Assembly (NCBI GenBank): GCA_963712115.1
Contig: CAVQGX010000066.1
Coordinates: 1-29,149, forward strand
Reading direction: 5' to 3'
Length of the DNA stretch: 29,149 nt
DNA from: an uncultured delta proteobacterium
GTDB taxonomy: Bacteria > Desulfobacterota > Syntrophobacteria > BM002
How positions within the stretch are numbered: the first letter of the stretch is position 1; the number at the start of each line of letters is the position of its first letter. Made by a program: the position numbers and the translations under genes. Below the pieces are notes generated by a model. The model searched no databases. It was not told the DNA's origin and saw nothing but the letters and a program-made list of their open reading frames with translations. Below, in pieces: positions 9,521-18,778 of this stretch.

Positions 9521-10090
9521 ATGAACCATGAGAACAAAAATGATACTCTTTAACTAGACTTTGAGAAAGCCTTCGCTCACGAAAAGGAATATTCAGCTCG
9601 GAGGAAGGACAAGCAGGAGAGCTTCTTAAGGAGGCTACTTGGCAAAAGTGGATTTTCTCTTTTGATAGGGGTGGTCATCTTGGGACTCTTTGTCCTGGTT
9701 GCAGCGCTTTTCCAGCGCTCTAGTAATTTTGACTCTGAAATCAAAATTAGATCACTGGAAAGAAGAATCAAGCATCTTGAGGGGAAACTTTACGCACTTG
9801 ATTGGATTGAAACAAGACTAGATCAAATCGAAGAAAAAAGCGGGCAATTTACAACTTTCATGAACACTTTTGACAGAGTTACAAAGCTCTCAAGATCCTC
9901 CGCCTCTCAGGCTCCCAAAGTGGAAACAAAGGCTCTGTACCATCGAGTAAGTTCCGGCGAAACACTTTATGGAATAAGTCGCCGCTATGGGTTAACAATA
10001 GAAGACTTAAGGCGTCTTAACAAACTCCCTCCCAAAGCAAATATCTATCCTGACCAGAAACTCCTCATTCGCCAAGGACATGATCAGTAG
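9521..10090 (+). pseudogene. Membrane-anchored LysM domain protein with early nonsense codon (or restarted at TTG 9662)
   Basis: GGAG plus ATG 9521 is in frame with the LysM ORF, but TAA occurs at 9551; C-terminal YHRVSSGETLYGISRRYGLTIEDLRRLNKL..IYPDQKL is LysM. Confidence 0.7.
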
Positions 10091-10420
10091 TGCGGGGGAA
10101 CTCAAGGAGCCATTCATCTAGTAGAAAGCACTGTGGAGTTTCTGCTCTGCGTCTCTTGACTAACAAACCATTTTTGGTAGACACGTATAGTATTTCATGC
10201 TGCCCACCTGCCAGGCATAACGATAGTTTTTCCTATGTACAGATTCATTATCTAGCCTATACGAGGATTGCTGGGTGCTCATAGGCTTCCTGCGCTAGAC
10301 CGCAATGGATTTTGGTGGCTGTCACTGGAGGATTTATTATCTCATCGATCCCATCATCTATCTTGGCTCGAACGCTGCAGACATTTTTTTCTCCCTTCAT
10401 CCTCTCCTGCCCAAGACTCC

Positions 10421-10463
10421 AGCCCTCACTGATCTATGGAGCTAGAGGTAGTGAGGGCTTTTT
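10421..10463 (+). terminator. Intrinsic terminator-like hairpin
   Basis: AGCCCTCACT...AGTGAGGGCT followed by TTTT. Confidence 0.6.
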
Positions 10464-10892
10464 CTATCTTCCAGAGCACATCTCTCTTGGTAAAGTGTGC
10501 TGCGCGTGGGATCGAAAACGTTGCAACCCCAAACCAGCCAAAATCGATGCGCTGCTGGTTCAGTTAAAGGGGCAGCACGATGAAGAGTTCGAGGAAACAG
10601 AAGAGTCTCAACTTGCTAGTGTGTAACAGAAAGTATATTCTCTTTAGAATGAAGCGTCAAAATTTGATATGTTTTTTTTATTGCTTGATTTACACCAGGT
10701 CTCAACCCAGACTGGTTCCAAAAAATAAGCAGGTGTGGATATCGTCAAATGCAAGAGGTTCAGGGTTTGCAACTGACACCTAACCAGCTACATTGGCAAA
10801 GCAGACCAACAGGGTTCTGATCATCATTCAAATGGATCAAGCTCTGTAGCTTGATAAAGCTGTCTGCGATGTCAGCGAAATGTGAGAGGATA

Positions 10893-11597
10893 ATGAAAAA
10901 GCATAAAAAGAGGCGACTATTGAGAAAAGCGTTTTTGTTTTTTAGCCTGACTGTATTTCTCTGTGGATGGTTTTTCAGCGCCAAAAGCTGGGCCGAGACA
11001 CTTTATGTTTCAGATACCACCTTGGAGGCTATTCTTCGAAGCGGGCCTGATATCACCTACAGTATCATCGCCTCATTGCCTATAGGAACGCGGGTATCCA
11101 TGATCAAAGTGGAGAACGGTTGGGCGAAGCTAACCCTACCTGACGGTCGAACTGGTTGGACCCTTGAAAGATATCTTTCTAACAGCCCCCCCTGGCGATT
11201 TACCGCCGAAAAATTGGCAAAGGAAAAGGAACTGCTCCAACCACAAATACGCGAAACTGAATCTAGTAGTCGTAAACTCAAGGAAGAGAATGACAGACTT
11301 GAGAAAGAGTTGGCTTCTCTGCAACAGGATCTGGAATCAACGAGCAATAAGTTTGAGGCTCTCAAGATGGGGGCGAAAAATTATCTGGGGCTGCAGGAAG
11401 CCCACGAAAAGCTTAGTGCAGAGCTTCCAGGGCTTAGAGAAGAGCTGGAGGAAGTGCAGAGAACTTATGGCGAGCTGCATTCTTCTGCCAAAATGCGTTG
11501 GTTTCTTTATGGTGCTGGTGTTATGGTGCTTGGCTGGATCCTGGGCCTCATAATGGGAGGCAGGCGGCGGCGGCGTTCCTCGGAAATATACAGATGA
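10893..11597 (+). CDS. SH3 domain protein (TIGR04211/YgiM-like)
   Basis: Signal peptide (SWA-E), YVSD..LRSGP..GW..GRTGW..RYLS (SH3b), coiled coil, WFLYGAGV..LG.ILGLI TM, RRRRR tail. Confidence 0.92.
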   Translation: MKKHKKRRLLRKAFLFFSLTVFLCGWFFSAKSWAETLYVSDTTLEAILRSGPDITYSIIASLPIGTRVSMIKVENGWAKLTLPDGRTGWTLERYLSNSPPWRFTAEKLAKEKELLQPQIRETESSSRKLKEENDRLEKELASLQQDLESTSNKFEALKMGAKNYLGLQEAHEKLSAELPGLREELEEVQRTYGELHSSAKMRWFLYGAGVMVLGWILGLIMGGRRRRRSSEIYR

Positions 11598-11766
11598 GAG
11601 ATAGCGAAAGACCTCTATTAAAAAGCGACCCAGAAGAAATTGAATCTCTCTCCAGTCAAGCTCAAGAGATATTTACACCTAAGTGAGAATCTTGCATGAG
11701 CTGAGACTTTTACCTTACAATGGGATGACAACAGTGCTTACCGTGAATACAATCATCCGGCTCTCC

Positions 11767-11948
11767 CAGCCCGGATATTTGATGAATTGTCGTTGCGGGG
11801 AGCCTGCCGAAGGAACACCCGAGGAAACTCACCGTCCGGCTCGACTCCGTCCCGTAGGGGACTACGCCCCAGAGGGTAGATCCTACAGCTCGGGGAGAAG
11901 GACGGCCATAACCGTGGTTGCAACAGGCGATTGGTGAAATATGGGCTA
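11767..11948. mobile_element. MITE family B degenerate copy
   Basis: Left end AGCCCGGATATTTGATGAATT; 11789-11825 matches the reverse complement of ~3047-3083; degenerate right end TGAAATATGGGCTA. Confidence 0.7.
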
Positions 11949-12026
11949 GAAGATGGGATGTCATGGAAAAGAAAGCAAGCGCCTGAGACTTGCCTTTATT
12001 GATCAGGCGGGCAGTGCAAATACAGA

Positions 12027-12353
12027 CTACATGGAAGCTTCAAATGCCCTTAGTTGTTTTTGGAACTGAAGGGCTATTCCGTACCTCTCCTTTTCAACTC
12101 TTTTCACCACTGCTGGGCCGCAGAGAATTAAAGTGCCTTGTTGTCCTGTCATCTCAGGTGGAAGAAATAGTTGCACTGTTGTTTCCTCATTCTCTTGAAA
12201 TGAAGGCAAAGCTTGGCTTGAAATCAAAGCTCCCCCTTGAGATAAATTCTCAGTGACGCCCTTGATCTCTGCAGCAGAGCGGGCAATTTTGATGGTCGCT
12301 TGAAACCTCTTAAGTAACCTTTTGTCTTTCCGTCTATCAAGGAGAGAACTCAC
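12027..12353 (-). CDS. PilZ domain protein (type A of duplicated pair)
   Basis: DRRKDKR, NLSQGG, GIALQF; paralog of 19772-20110. Confidence 0.9.
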   Translation of the reverse strand: MSSLLDRRKDKRLLKRFQATIKIARSAAEIKGVTENLSQGGALISSQALPSFQENEETTVQLFLPPEMTGQQGTLILCGPAVVKRVEKERYGIALQFQKQLRAFEASM

Positions 12354-12784
12354 AGCATCTCCCTCTGAGCCGATTGAGGCTCAATAGAGTATGGAAGAAA
12401 TATTAATGCTAGGAGTGTGTCGGACTAGCTAGCTCTCAATGGAAAAATAGGGACGCAAGGTTCAGTCGCACTGGCATTCTGACTAACGTTGACCACTCCA
12501 TTCGCCGTTTTAGGGTCCCATTAGGGCCACGATGACCACCAAGTGTCCAATAAAGAGGTACTCCGACAGACTCCTAGCCACTTGTGAATGATGTCAAGTA
12601 AACAATGAAATTCATAAAAATATTTTTCTCTTCACTATTAGGGCAAAATAGCTTTAAATGGTAACAATAATATGGAAATTTTATCAGAAGCTTTTTGCAG
12701 TCTCGCGAAGCCTACGAGCGAATGCGGGTCGACTGAATCCCCAATCTGTCCTTAGCTTTTGACACCCTACTGTCAAGACGCACC

Positions 12785-13237
12785 ATGGAAAACAATTATT
12801 GGGAAAATTGCTCATACTATGAAAGCGGCGAATGCCCGCAACCCGAGGCTATTGACAGGGCCTTTTTAATTCCTCAGCTCCTTGATGCATCAGAGATAGA
12901 GGCCATAGAGCAAATCTGCCTAAATTGCGGCAAATATTCAGATAAAAGGAGGAAACATCCCCGGATAAAAAGGCCTCTTCAAATTATTCTCCTGCGGGGC
13001 CGAAAGACTACTCTCAAAGGAGATGTTGTAAACATTAGCAAAGGTGGCGTTCTCGTCAAGCTGCAAGACTGGGTTGACTTTGACGAAAATGAAAAGGTGG
13101 TCTTAAAGATCTATCCCTCCCAAATAGCTGGAAAGAAGACATCCACCTCTGCACTTAAAGTTTCAGCACAAGTGAAAAGAATAGAGGCCGAAAAAAAACA
13201 GCTCGCAATTATTTTCCTTAGCGAAATAGATCAGTGA
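12785..13237 (+). CDS. Cys-rich domain-PilZ fusion (type B)
   Basis: N-terminal C-x7-CP...IPQ...ICxxC, then KRRKHPR and NISKGG; paralog of 20376-20849. Confidence 0.9.
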   Translation: MENNYWENCSYYESGECPQPEAIDRAFLIPQLLDASEIEAIEQICLNCGKYSDKRRKHPRIKRPLQIILLRGRKTTLKGDVVNISKGGVLVKLQDWVDFDENEKVVLKIYPSQIAGKKTSTSALKVSAQVKRIEAEKKQLAIIFLSEIDQ

Positions 13238-13510
13238 TTTGTCACAATAATGCCTTTCTTTCCACATTTGCATATTAAACCATTTCAAGTTTTTACCTTT
13301 CCAAGCATTTTCCATACCAAAATCTTTATAAAACTAATTTACTAGTTAAATCAATTATCTATACTATTCTCCCACTTGTTTTTCTGACCGAAATAGTGAA
13401 ATAGGATGCCGATTCTGGGAAATCTTTTTCCGCATATACGTACATACGGTGGTACAAAAATTGCAGATTTTTCTCTGACATATAAAATGACGAAAATCCG
13501 GAATTTGCAT

Positions 13511-13666
13511 ATGGGCAAGAAGAAGTTCACAACTACTCTGGATGAAGCTTTGATCAAGCAGATCAAAAAACTAGCTATAGACCTCGGTCTCTCGGCAAAT
13601 GACCTGATTGAAGAGGGCATGCGCTCAGTCCTCAAGAAGCACCGGCGGCAGGCTTCGAGCGAGTAA
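13511..13666 (+). CDS. Ribbon-helix-helix (CopG/ParG-like) DNA-binding protein
   Basis: KKFTTTLDEALIKQIKKLAIDLGLSANDLIEEGMRSVLKKH: beta-ribbon plus two helices. Confidence 0.8.
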   Translation: MGKKKFTTTLDEALIKQIKKLAIDLGLSANDLIEEGMRSVLKKHRRQASSE

Positions 13667-13713
13667 AGAATCCGGGCCCCAAGGACCCAGCTTTGAGCCA
13701 ACCCCAAGGTGCT

Positions 13714-13790
13714 AAGCGCAGAGCGCAAAGCGAAAAACTGTCAATGTCGCGAGTTCCTCTATTTTTACGCTATGCGCCATTCTCTGTGCG
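13714..13790. repeat. Inverted pair of degenerate heptamer tracts
   Basis: AAGCGCAGAGCGCAAAGCG at 13714-13732 and CGCTATGCGCCATTCTCTGTGCG at 13768-13790. Confidence 0.5.
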
Positions 13791-13905
13791 ATCTGACCTG
13801 GCCCATCGAAGATCCCGCTGTGCGGGAGAGGACCAGGTTTTCTATGATTAAACCAGGTCAATGTTTTGCCGCCGACTTCTTTTGCCGAGGCTGAGGGTTA
13901 CCTCA

Positions 13906-14129
13906 TGGAGGCCAGGAAAGATCCAGAGAGTGGAGATGAACTTTCGGAAATTTTGGAGATGGTTGCCTTGGGATCTACACAACTGCAGCGTGTAGAGGAG
14001 ATGGCTCAAATTGTGAAAAATTTGTATTTTGAAGCGGTAAAATTGAGCGGGCCTGAAAGACAGTCCAATACTAACTTTATGCCGAGGCGAATCACCTACA
14101 TAAGATTACTTCGACTGCGTACAACATAG
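13906..14129 (+). CDS. Hypothetical protein
   Basis: GAGGG before ATG; helical-looking acidic N-terminal part; no family recognised. Confidence 0.35.
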
Positions 14130-14563
14130 TGAACTGGGAGGGAAAGATCTTTGTCTGGTCGGACGTCTTCAGATGGTAACTTTCGCCATCAAGGATTGCT
14201 CAATTTATGATCTAATAGCAAACCAAATAATTTTCTCTTGTTCTTTCAATAAATTAGCCTACCTTTTCGACTTGAAAGTCACCTCTCCTGATGATATATC
14301 CAAATGCATACTATAAAGTTCAATCAGGGTTCATCTTGTTAGCGCCACAAGGTCTCCCGGTCCCTTTGAAGTTTATCCCGGATTTACTGTATCTTCTCAA
14401 TATCACAGAGTAATGTTCTCCAACCACCCGGTAATTAGCGACCTTATTCAGCCTTTTCATTCCAATTGGCACAGCAGTTGCGTTGCCCGGAAGCAACTTC
14501 TTGCCTGATGCAGCCGAAACAGTATTGAGTGTATAGGGTTCATCATAGAACATGAGGCAGCTT

Positions 14564-14622
14564 TAGCCCGGATATTCCATAAATCACCTGCTGCGACCGC
14601 AATTCATGGAATATCCGAGCTA
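14564..14622. mobile_element. MITE family B minimal copy (59 bp)
   Basis: TAGCCCGGATATTCCATAAAT...ATTCATGGAATATCCGAGCTA, two TIRs around a 17-bp core. Confidence 0.8.
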
Positions 14623-14827
14623 CAAAATGGTGACAGATTGTTTGAACTGAATGTGAAATTTATCGATAAGTCAGAGGTGAGTCAGGGCAAAATAGATTTT
14701 TTCTGTGAGATTAAAATAATTCCATCGTAGAAAACCCCGCTGGGTCAAAACATAAACCCCGCAGACTTCCTAAAGCCGAGAGGGTTTCCTTCTGCTACCC
14801 GAGAAAAAACAAGGTGTCAACAGAAAA

Positions 14828-14868
14828 CCGGATATTCTCCATGTGGAGTGGAGGAGTCCGGCTTTTTT
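14828..14868 (+). terminator. Terminator-like hairpin in the leader of the FN3/CFI-box gene
   Basis: CCGGA..TTCTCCA...TGGAGGAGTCCGG then CTTTTTT, immediately before AGGAGG. Confidence 0.6.
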
Positions 14869-14946
14869 CTTTGCAGGAGGTGGAGAAATAGATGCCAAAG
14901 GCAACGGTCAATCTGGATTTTCTATTTCGCCAAAAGAGATAATTTC

Positions 14947-15456
14947 ATGACAACCGCTTATACTCTAAATATAAAACATAAAAAATCTATATTATCCTGT
15001 CGTTGCGCGTTGGCCTTCGTTTCTTTTGCGGCTTTGCTCATAATTCTTCCTTTATCCCCCAAAAGTGCCTACCCAGCCCAGACAACACTGATGTGGGATC
15101 AGGTTATACACCCAGACCTTGCTGGTTACATGATTTACTATGGCACCTCCAGTGGAAATTATGATGTGTCATTGGACGTTGCTAACTGGACGAGTGTAAC
15201 AATTGCAGGCCTCGATGGCAGTGAGACCTATTACTTTGCTGTGACCGCTTATAGTGCATACGGCGACGAAAGTGATTTCTCAAACGAAGTGCAATGGACT
15301 AGTACTACAGCAAATAACGGAGGAGGAGGTGGAGGCGGATGCTTCATCGCCACAGCAGCCTACGGGTCTCGTATGGCAGAAGAGGTAAAAATACTGAGGA
15401 ATTTCCGTGATAAATTTCTGTTACGCCTATTAACTCTGCCCCGCAACAGCTCCTGA
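14947..15456 (+). pseudogene. FN3 surface protein with truncated CFI-box-CTERM tail
   Basis: Signal peptide AYP-A, FN3 paralogous to 1584-2276, [30 protein letters not shown], then similarity stops before the expected SPP..A..I and TM segment. Confidence 0.75.
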
Positions 15457-15618
15457 GGGCTGAGCCATTCCCTTCGCTGGTTGATTCCATCTCCAGGCAT
15501 GAGACCTTGCGAGGCTCTGAGGATTATTCATCTTCCCCTATTCTTTCATATAGTTTATCAATAATAACATTTGTTTATGAGCAGTGAGTGGTAGGAGAGC
15601 TCGCATCCTCACCAGGAA

Positions 15619-15634
15619 TGGCATGATTTCTGCT
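15619..15634 (+). promoter_or_regulatory. sigma54 promoter
   Basis: TGGCATGATTTCTGCT = GG-N10-GC. Confidence 0.75.
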
Positions 15635-15669
15635 TCTGAACTTTGCAAGCAAAAATTGTGGAGGCAATC

Positions 15670-15738
15670 ATGCTTGCAAGCCTTTTTATAATAGGTCTGG
15701 CCTTTCTGTTCTTTTCGTTAACAGTTCTCACCATGTAG
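15670..15738 (+). CDS. 22-aa hydrophobic peptide
   Basis: GGAGG 5 nt before ATG; MLASLFIIGLAFLFFSLTVLTM; directly downstream of a sigma54 promoter. Confidence 0.55.
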   Translation: MLASLFIIGLAFLFFSLTVLTM

Positions 15739-15930
15739 GCTATTGAAGCTCCCCGCAACAGAGGCGAACGCATATCCCCTTGAATCATCCGAGCTACCTC
15801 GCCGTTGGTCAATTCGCCAATTAGTATTTGGTAGTTTGGCCAAATTTGGCGATTTTACCAGGCTACTATAAAGCACGATAACAGAGTCAACTTCTGGAAA
15901 CAATTGGATTTATCAACCATCTCACCCGTT

Positions 15931-15946
15931 TGGCATCCTTACTGCT
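15931..15946 (+). promoter_or_regulatory. sigma54 promoter
   Basis: TGGCATCCTTACTGCT = GG-N10-GC; IHF-like TATCAA at 15911. Confidence 0.75.
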
Positions 15947-15956
15947 CATGCAAATA

Positions 15957-16052
15957 AGACGACCGGGTGGAGTGGCTCCTTTGCCATTCAAAGCTTATTG
16001 TTTGCCCCCGTCAGCCATCCGTGCCCGGTTTGTTTGATGGGGACACTTCTTT
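15957..16052 (+). ncRNA. Candidate sigma54-driven small RNA or leader of the DGC gene
   Basis: Hairpin GAGTGGC-TCCTTT-GCCATTC, then CCCCGTCAG...TTGATGGGG hairpin at 16004-16044. Confidence 0.45.
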
Positions 16053-16171
16053 ATATAGCATTAGATCTTGAAGTATAATGGCTGTAAGAAAAGGACTTTG
16101 GTGTAAAACAACCGCTTCCTGGGTTCGACAAAAACGCACTGTATTGGCTGCCATTTCCTCGAGAGGTTACT

Positions 16172-17077
16172 ATGGACCCGGCACATCAGTTTCAACCGCC
16201 TGTGCTCTCTTTGCTCTGCGTTGACAATGATCGTGAGGTTCGTGAACTTCTGCATGAGGTAATCATTTATCTGGGGCATAATAGCATGACTGCGGTGGAT
16301 GGGATAGATGCTCTGGAAAAATTGGCGGATAACCATTTCGATATTGTGATCACCGATCTTAACATGCCTCGCATGGACGGCACCGAGTTAATCAAAACGA
16401 TAAAAACCGAGTTCGATGACGTGGATATAATTGCTATTACAGCCTATGAGATGACATACAAATACACAGACATCATAGCTCTTGGCGCCAGCGATTTTAT
16501 TTCCAAGCCATTTAATGTCAATGAGTTGGAGGCCAAAATCAACAGAATTATTCGCGAGCGTAAACTGCGGATTCAACTCAAACAGCTATCCACCCGTGAT
16601 GGACTCACAGGCCTCTATAATCGTCGGCACTTCGATGAGAACCTAATTCACGAAGCGAGTCGAGCCCTCAGACAAAATTACGACCTGTATCTTCTCTTCA
16701 TTGACCTTGACGGCCTCAAGGATTACAACGATGAGTACGGTCATCAACAGGGGGATAACGTCCTGAGACAACTGGCAAAGATCATTCTGGCTAATGTCCG
16801 TAAGGACGTGGATTCGGCTTACCGCTACGGAGGTGACGAATTCGCAGTTGTTCTTCCCCACGCCAAAAGGCAACAGGCACTGATGGTCACGGAAAGGCTA
16901 ATCAATAGCTTCAATAAGCTAGGCGTGTCTTCCACCAGCCTCAGCATTGGTTTGGCCAGTTTGGAAAGCTCAAGTGAGGCTCTTGAAGAAAACCTGGAGA
17001 GCTTGATAAGGCGGGCCGATCAAGCACTCTATCGAGCCAAAACCGAAGGCGGCAACCAATTTTCTGTGTTGGACTAG
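16172..17077 (+). CDS. Response regulator receiver-GGDEF diguanylate cyclase
   Basis: REC (VDND, ITDLNMP, ITAY, SKPF); DGLTGLYNRR, DLDGLKDYNDEYGHQQGD, RYGGDEF, RADQALYRAK. Confidence 0.96.
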   Translation: MDPAHQFQPPVLSLLCVDNDREVRELLHEVIIYLGHNSMTAVDGIDALEKLADNHFDIVITDLNMPRMDGTELIKTIKTEFDDVDIIAITAYEMTYKYTDIIALGASDFISKPFNVNELEAKINRIIRERKLRIQLKQLSTRDGLTGLYNRRHFDENLIHEASRALRQNYDLYLLFIDLDGLKDYNDEYGHQQGDNVLRQLAKIILANVRKDVDSAYRYGGDEFAVVLPHAKRQQALMVTERLINSFNKLGVSSTSLSIGLASLESSSEALEENLESLIRRADQALYRAKTEGGNQFSVLD

Positions 17078-17172
17078 ATCAACGTAATCCAGCATGACTA
17101 TGATAATGTCGCTCCACTCGGCCCAAAGTCCGTGATAAAGGTCCTCCATGCTGCCCACCTATTGCAGCAGAT

Positions 17173-17188
17173 AGGCATAGACATTGCA
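17173..17188 (+). promoter_or_regulatory. sigma54 promoter
   Basis: AGGCATAGACATTGCA = GG-N10-GC. Confidence 0.6.
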
Positions 17189-17223
17189 CTTCCAACGAGA
17201 AAAAAACCGGAGGTGCAACGTTA

Positions 17224-17325
17224 TTGTTGACTGGATACGTTATTGCTTTCGTTATTGGCGCGGCAGTTGGCTTTGTCTTCTCAACTGTAATACTTTTCGG
17301 CAACCACCTCGACCAGACACTCTGA
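17224..17325 (+). CDS. 33-aa single-TM peptide
   Basis: GGAGGT at 17209, TTG start; MLTGYVIAFVIGAAVGFVFSTVILFGNHLDQTL with GxxxG. Confidence 0.55.
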   Translation: MLTGYVIAFVIGAAVGFVFSTVILFGNHLDQTL

Positions 17326-17434
17326 GCAAATGGGTGGAAGTGGAGTTGGTGCAGTTGGTGAGGGTTTCTCTTTCTAAAATCCTCAGCTCATTTCAAAACG
17401 GCCTATCCCCATCACTTTCAAAATAACAGAGTTA

Positions 17435-17731
17435 ACCCTAATGTTGCATACCTATGGCGAGGAAAAACGCGCAAGAGTGCGTTCCGCCGCAGGCGGACTG
17501 CGCACAGGCTCGAACAGGTCGAGGCTTCGTACTTGGCCGTAAGTGAAGTCCTGTCTGAGGCGAGCACCGTTCGACCTGGGCCTTTCGGCAGTGAGACGTG
17601 TCGACGAGGAGTTCGACTGCCCTCGGCCCTCAGCTCAATGCCGAAGGGCTCACGGCCGAGGGCAGTCGCAGATGGCATCCTATCGCTCGAGCGCAGCAAT
17701 TTATAGCGGTGTAGGTATGCAACATCAGGGC
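17435..17731. mobile_element. MITE family A copy 3 with ~100-bp internal palindromic insertion
   Basis: TIR ACCCTAATGTTGCATACCTA / TAGGTATGCAACATCAGGGC; extra segment ~17568-17670 includes CGACTGCCCTCGGCC...GGCCGAGGGCAGTCG. Confidence 0.85.
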
Positions 17732-17900
17732 AAAGCTCTCTTGCCTCCAGAAACCTGAGTAGTGGTCACCTACGTGCCCTTCTAAAGTGGTAATTTTTTT
17801 CCTAATTGTAACATTTATTACCCAGTATTTGTGGCACTGTTTTTTATAAAATAAAAGATAAACATTTGAAACTATTAGAAATCTATCTATACAATCCCTT

Positions 17901-17916
17901 AGGCATACTTTTTGTT
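17901..17916 (+). promoter_or_regulatory. Candidate sigma54 promoter for PilZ gene (variant -12)
   Basis: AGGCATACTTTTTGTT; upstream TAAACATTTGAAA resembles 167-179; 14-bp motif 113 bp upstream. Confidence 0.55.
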
Positions 17917-17972
17917 TATCGGATTAAACAATCTATATGACCAGCCCGGTGTCGCTTGGAAGGAATAATTAA

Positions 17973-18362
17973 ATGACCAAACAGCAAAGGCTTGCAGTTC
18001 GCATTCCGGTCATAGGTTGGGAAGCCAATATCTTGTCAGAAAACATTGAGCGGACAAGGGCAAAGATTGCCAACCTCAGTGCAGGGGGGGCGTATTTGAT
18101 AACCGAAGCCGAGTATCAGCCAGGCTCTATGGTCAATCTGGGTGTCGAGTCATCTCAAATATCCTTTTGGGTAACAGCTATCGTTCTTCGCAACGAGCCA
18201 TTCGGAATAGCTGTTCGCTTTCTCGATCTTTGCGAATCTACCAGAGGTTCAATTTTGCAAATAGTTTCTAGATCCTTATCAGGAGGGAAGCCAGAAAGTT
18301 CAGCTGCAAAAAAAACTTCGGTGTATAAAACAATTCCTTTGGAATTTAACTGTGATTTATGA
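17973..18362 (+). CDS. PilZ domain protein
   Basis: QRLAVR, NLSAGG, GIAVRF; AAGGA RBS. Confidence 0.88.
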   Translation: MTKQQRLAVRIPVIGWEANILSENIERTRAKIANLSAGGAYLITEAEYQPGSMVNLGVESSQISFWVTAIVLRNEPFGIAVRFLDLCESTRGSILQIVSRSLSGGKPESSAAKKTSVYKTIPLEFNCDL

Positions 18363-18501
18363 AGACCGTTCTAGGTAAAGATAAACTCTCATGGTCTGAT
18401 TACTATACTGATATCGAAAGTCGGTTCTAGCCCTTTGAGAAGTGTCCTGGCTGGCCGTCTAAACCCTGCCCACTCCGATCTTGCCGCTATTATTTATCGG
18501 G

Positions 18502-18527
18502 GCCCCGCTCAGCAGGGGGCTTTTTTT
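18502..18527 (+). terminator. Intrinsic terminator
   Basis: GCCCC...GGGGC followed by T7. Confidence 0.6.
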
Positions 18528-18629
18528 ATTGCCAGTTCTTCCCGTGTTGAAGTAATGTATCACCGCTTCGATACCTTCTGGAAAACTGGCAGAACAAAAA
18601 CACCGATCAATAATCTTTCACGAGATCTT

Positions 18630-18778
18630 ATGCGAACCGAAAACCGACGCTACCCGAGAGGGAGGTCAAATGGCCCGTTGTAATCCAGACCCCACATGGT
18701 TTAGTTGATGGAAAAACAGAAAACCTTAGTCTTAGCGGAGCATTCATCCGTTTATCGAAAGATTTGAGTTATCGGTAA
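18630..18778 (+). pseudogene. PilZ gene 5' remnant (frameshifted, truncated)
   Basis: MRTENRRYPR, frameshift near 18660, then EVKWPVVIQTPHGLVDGKTENLSLSGAFIRLSK. Confidence 0.8.

Noticed and set aside
12430-12500. GGGACGCAAG resembling a c-di-GMP-I riboswitch junction
   Set aside because: No GYAAA-P2 stem with GNRA loop or receptor arm can be built.
14320-14553. 77-aa minus-strand ORF next to the minimal MITE
   Set aside because: No RBS or recognisable family; at most a fragment cut by the MITE.
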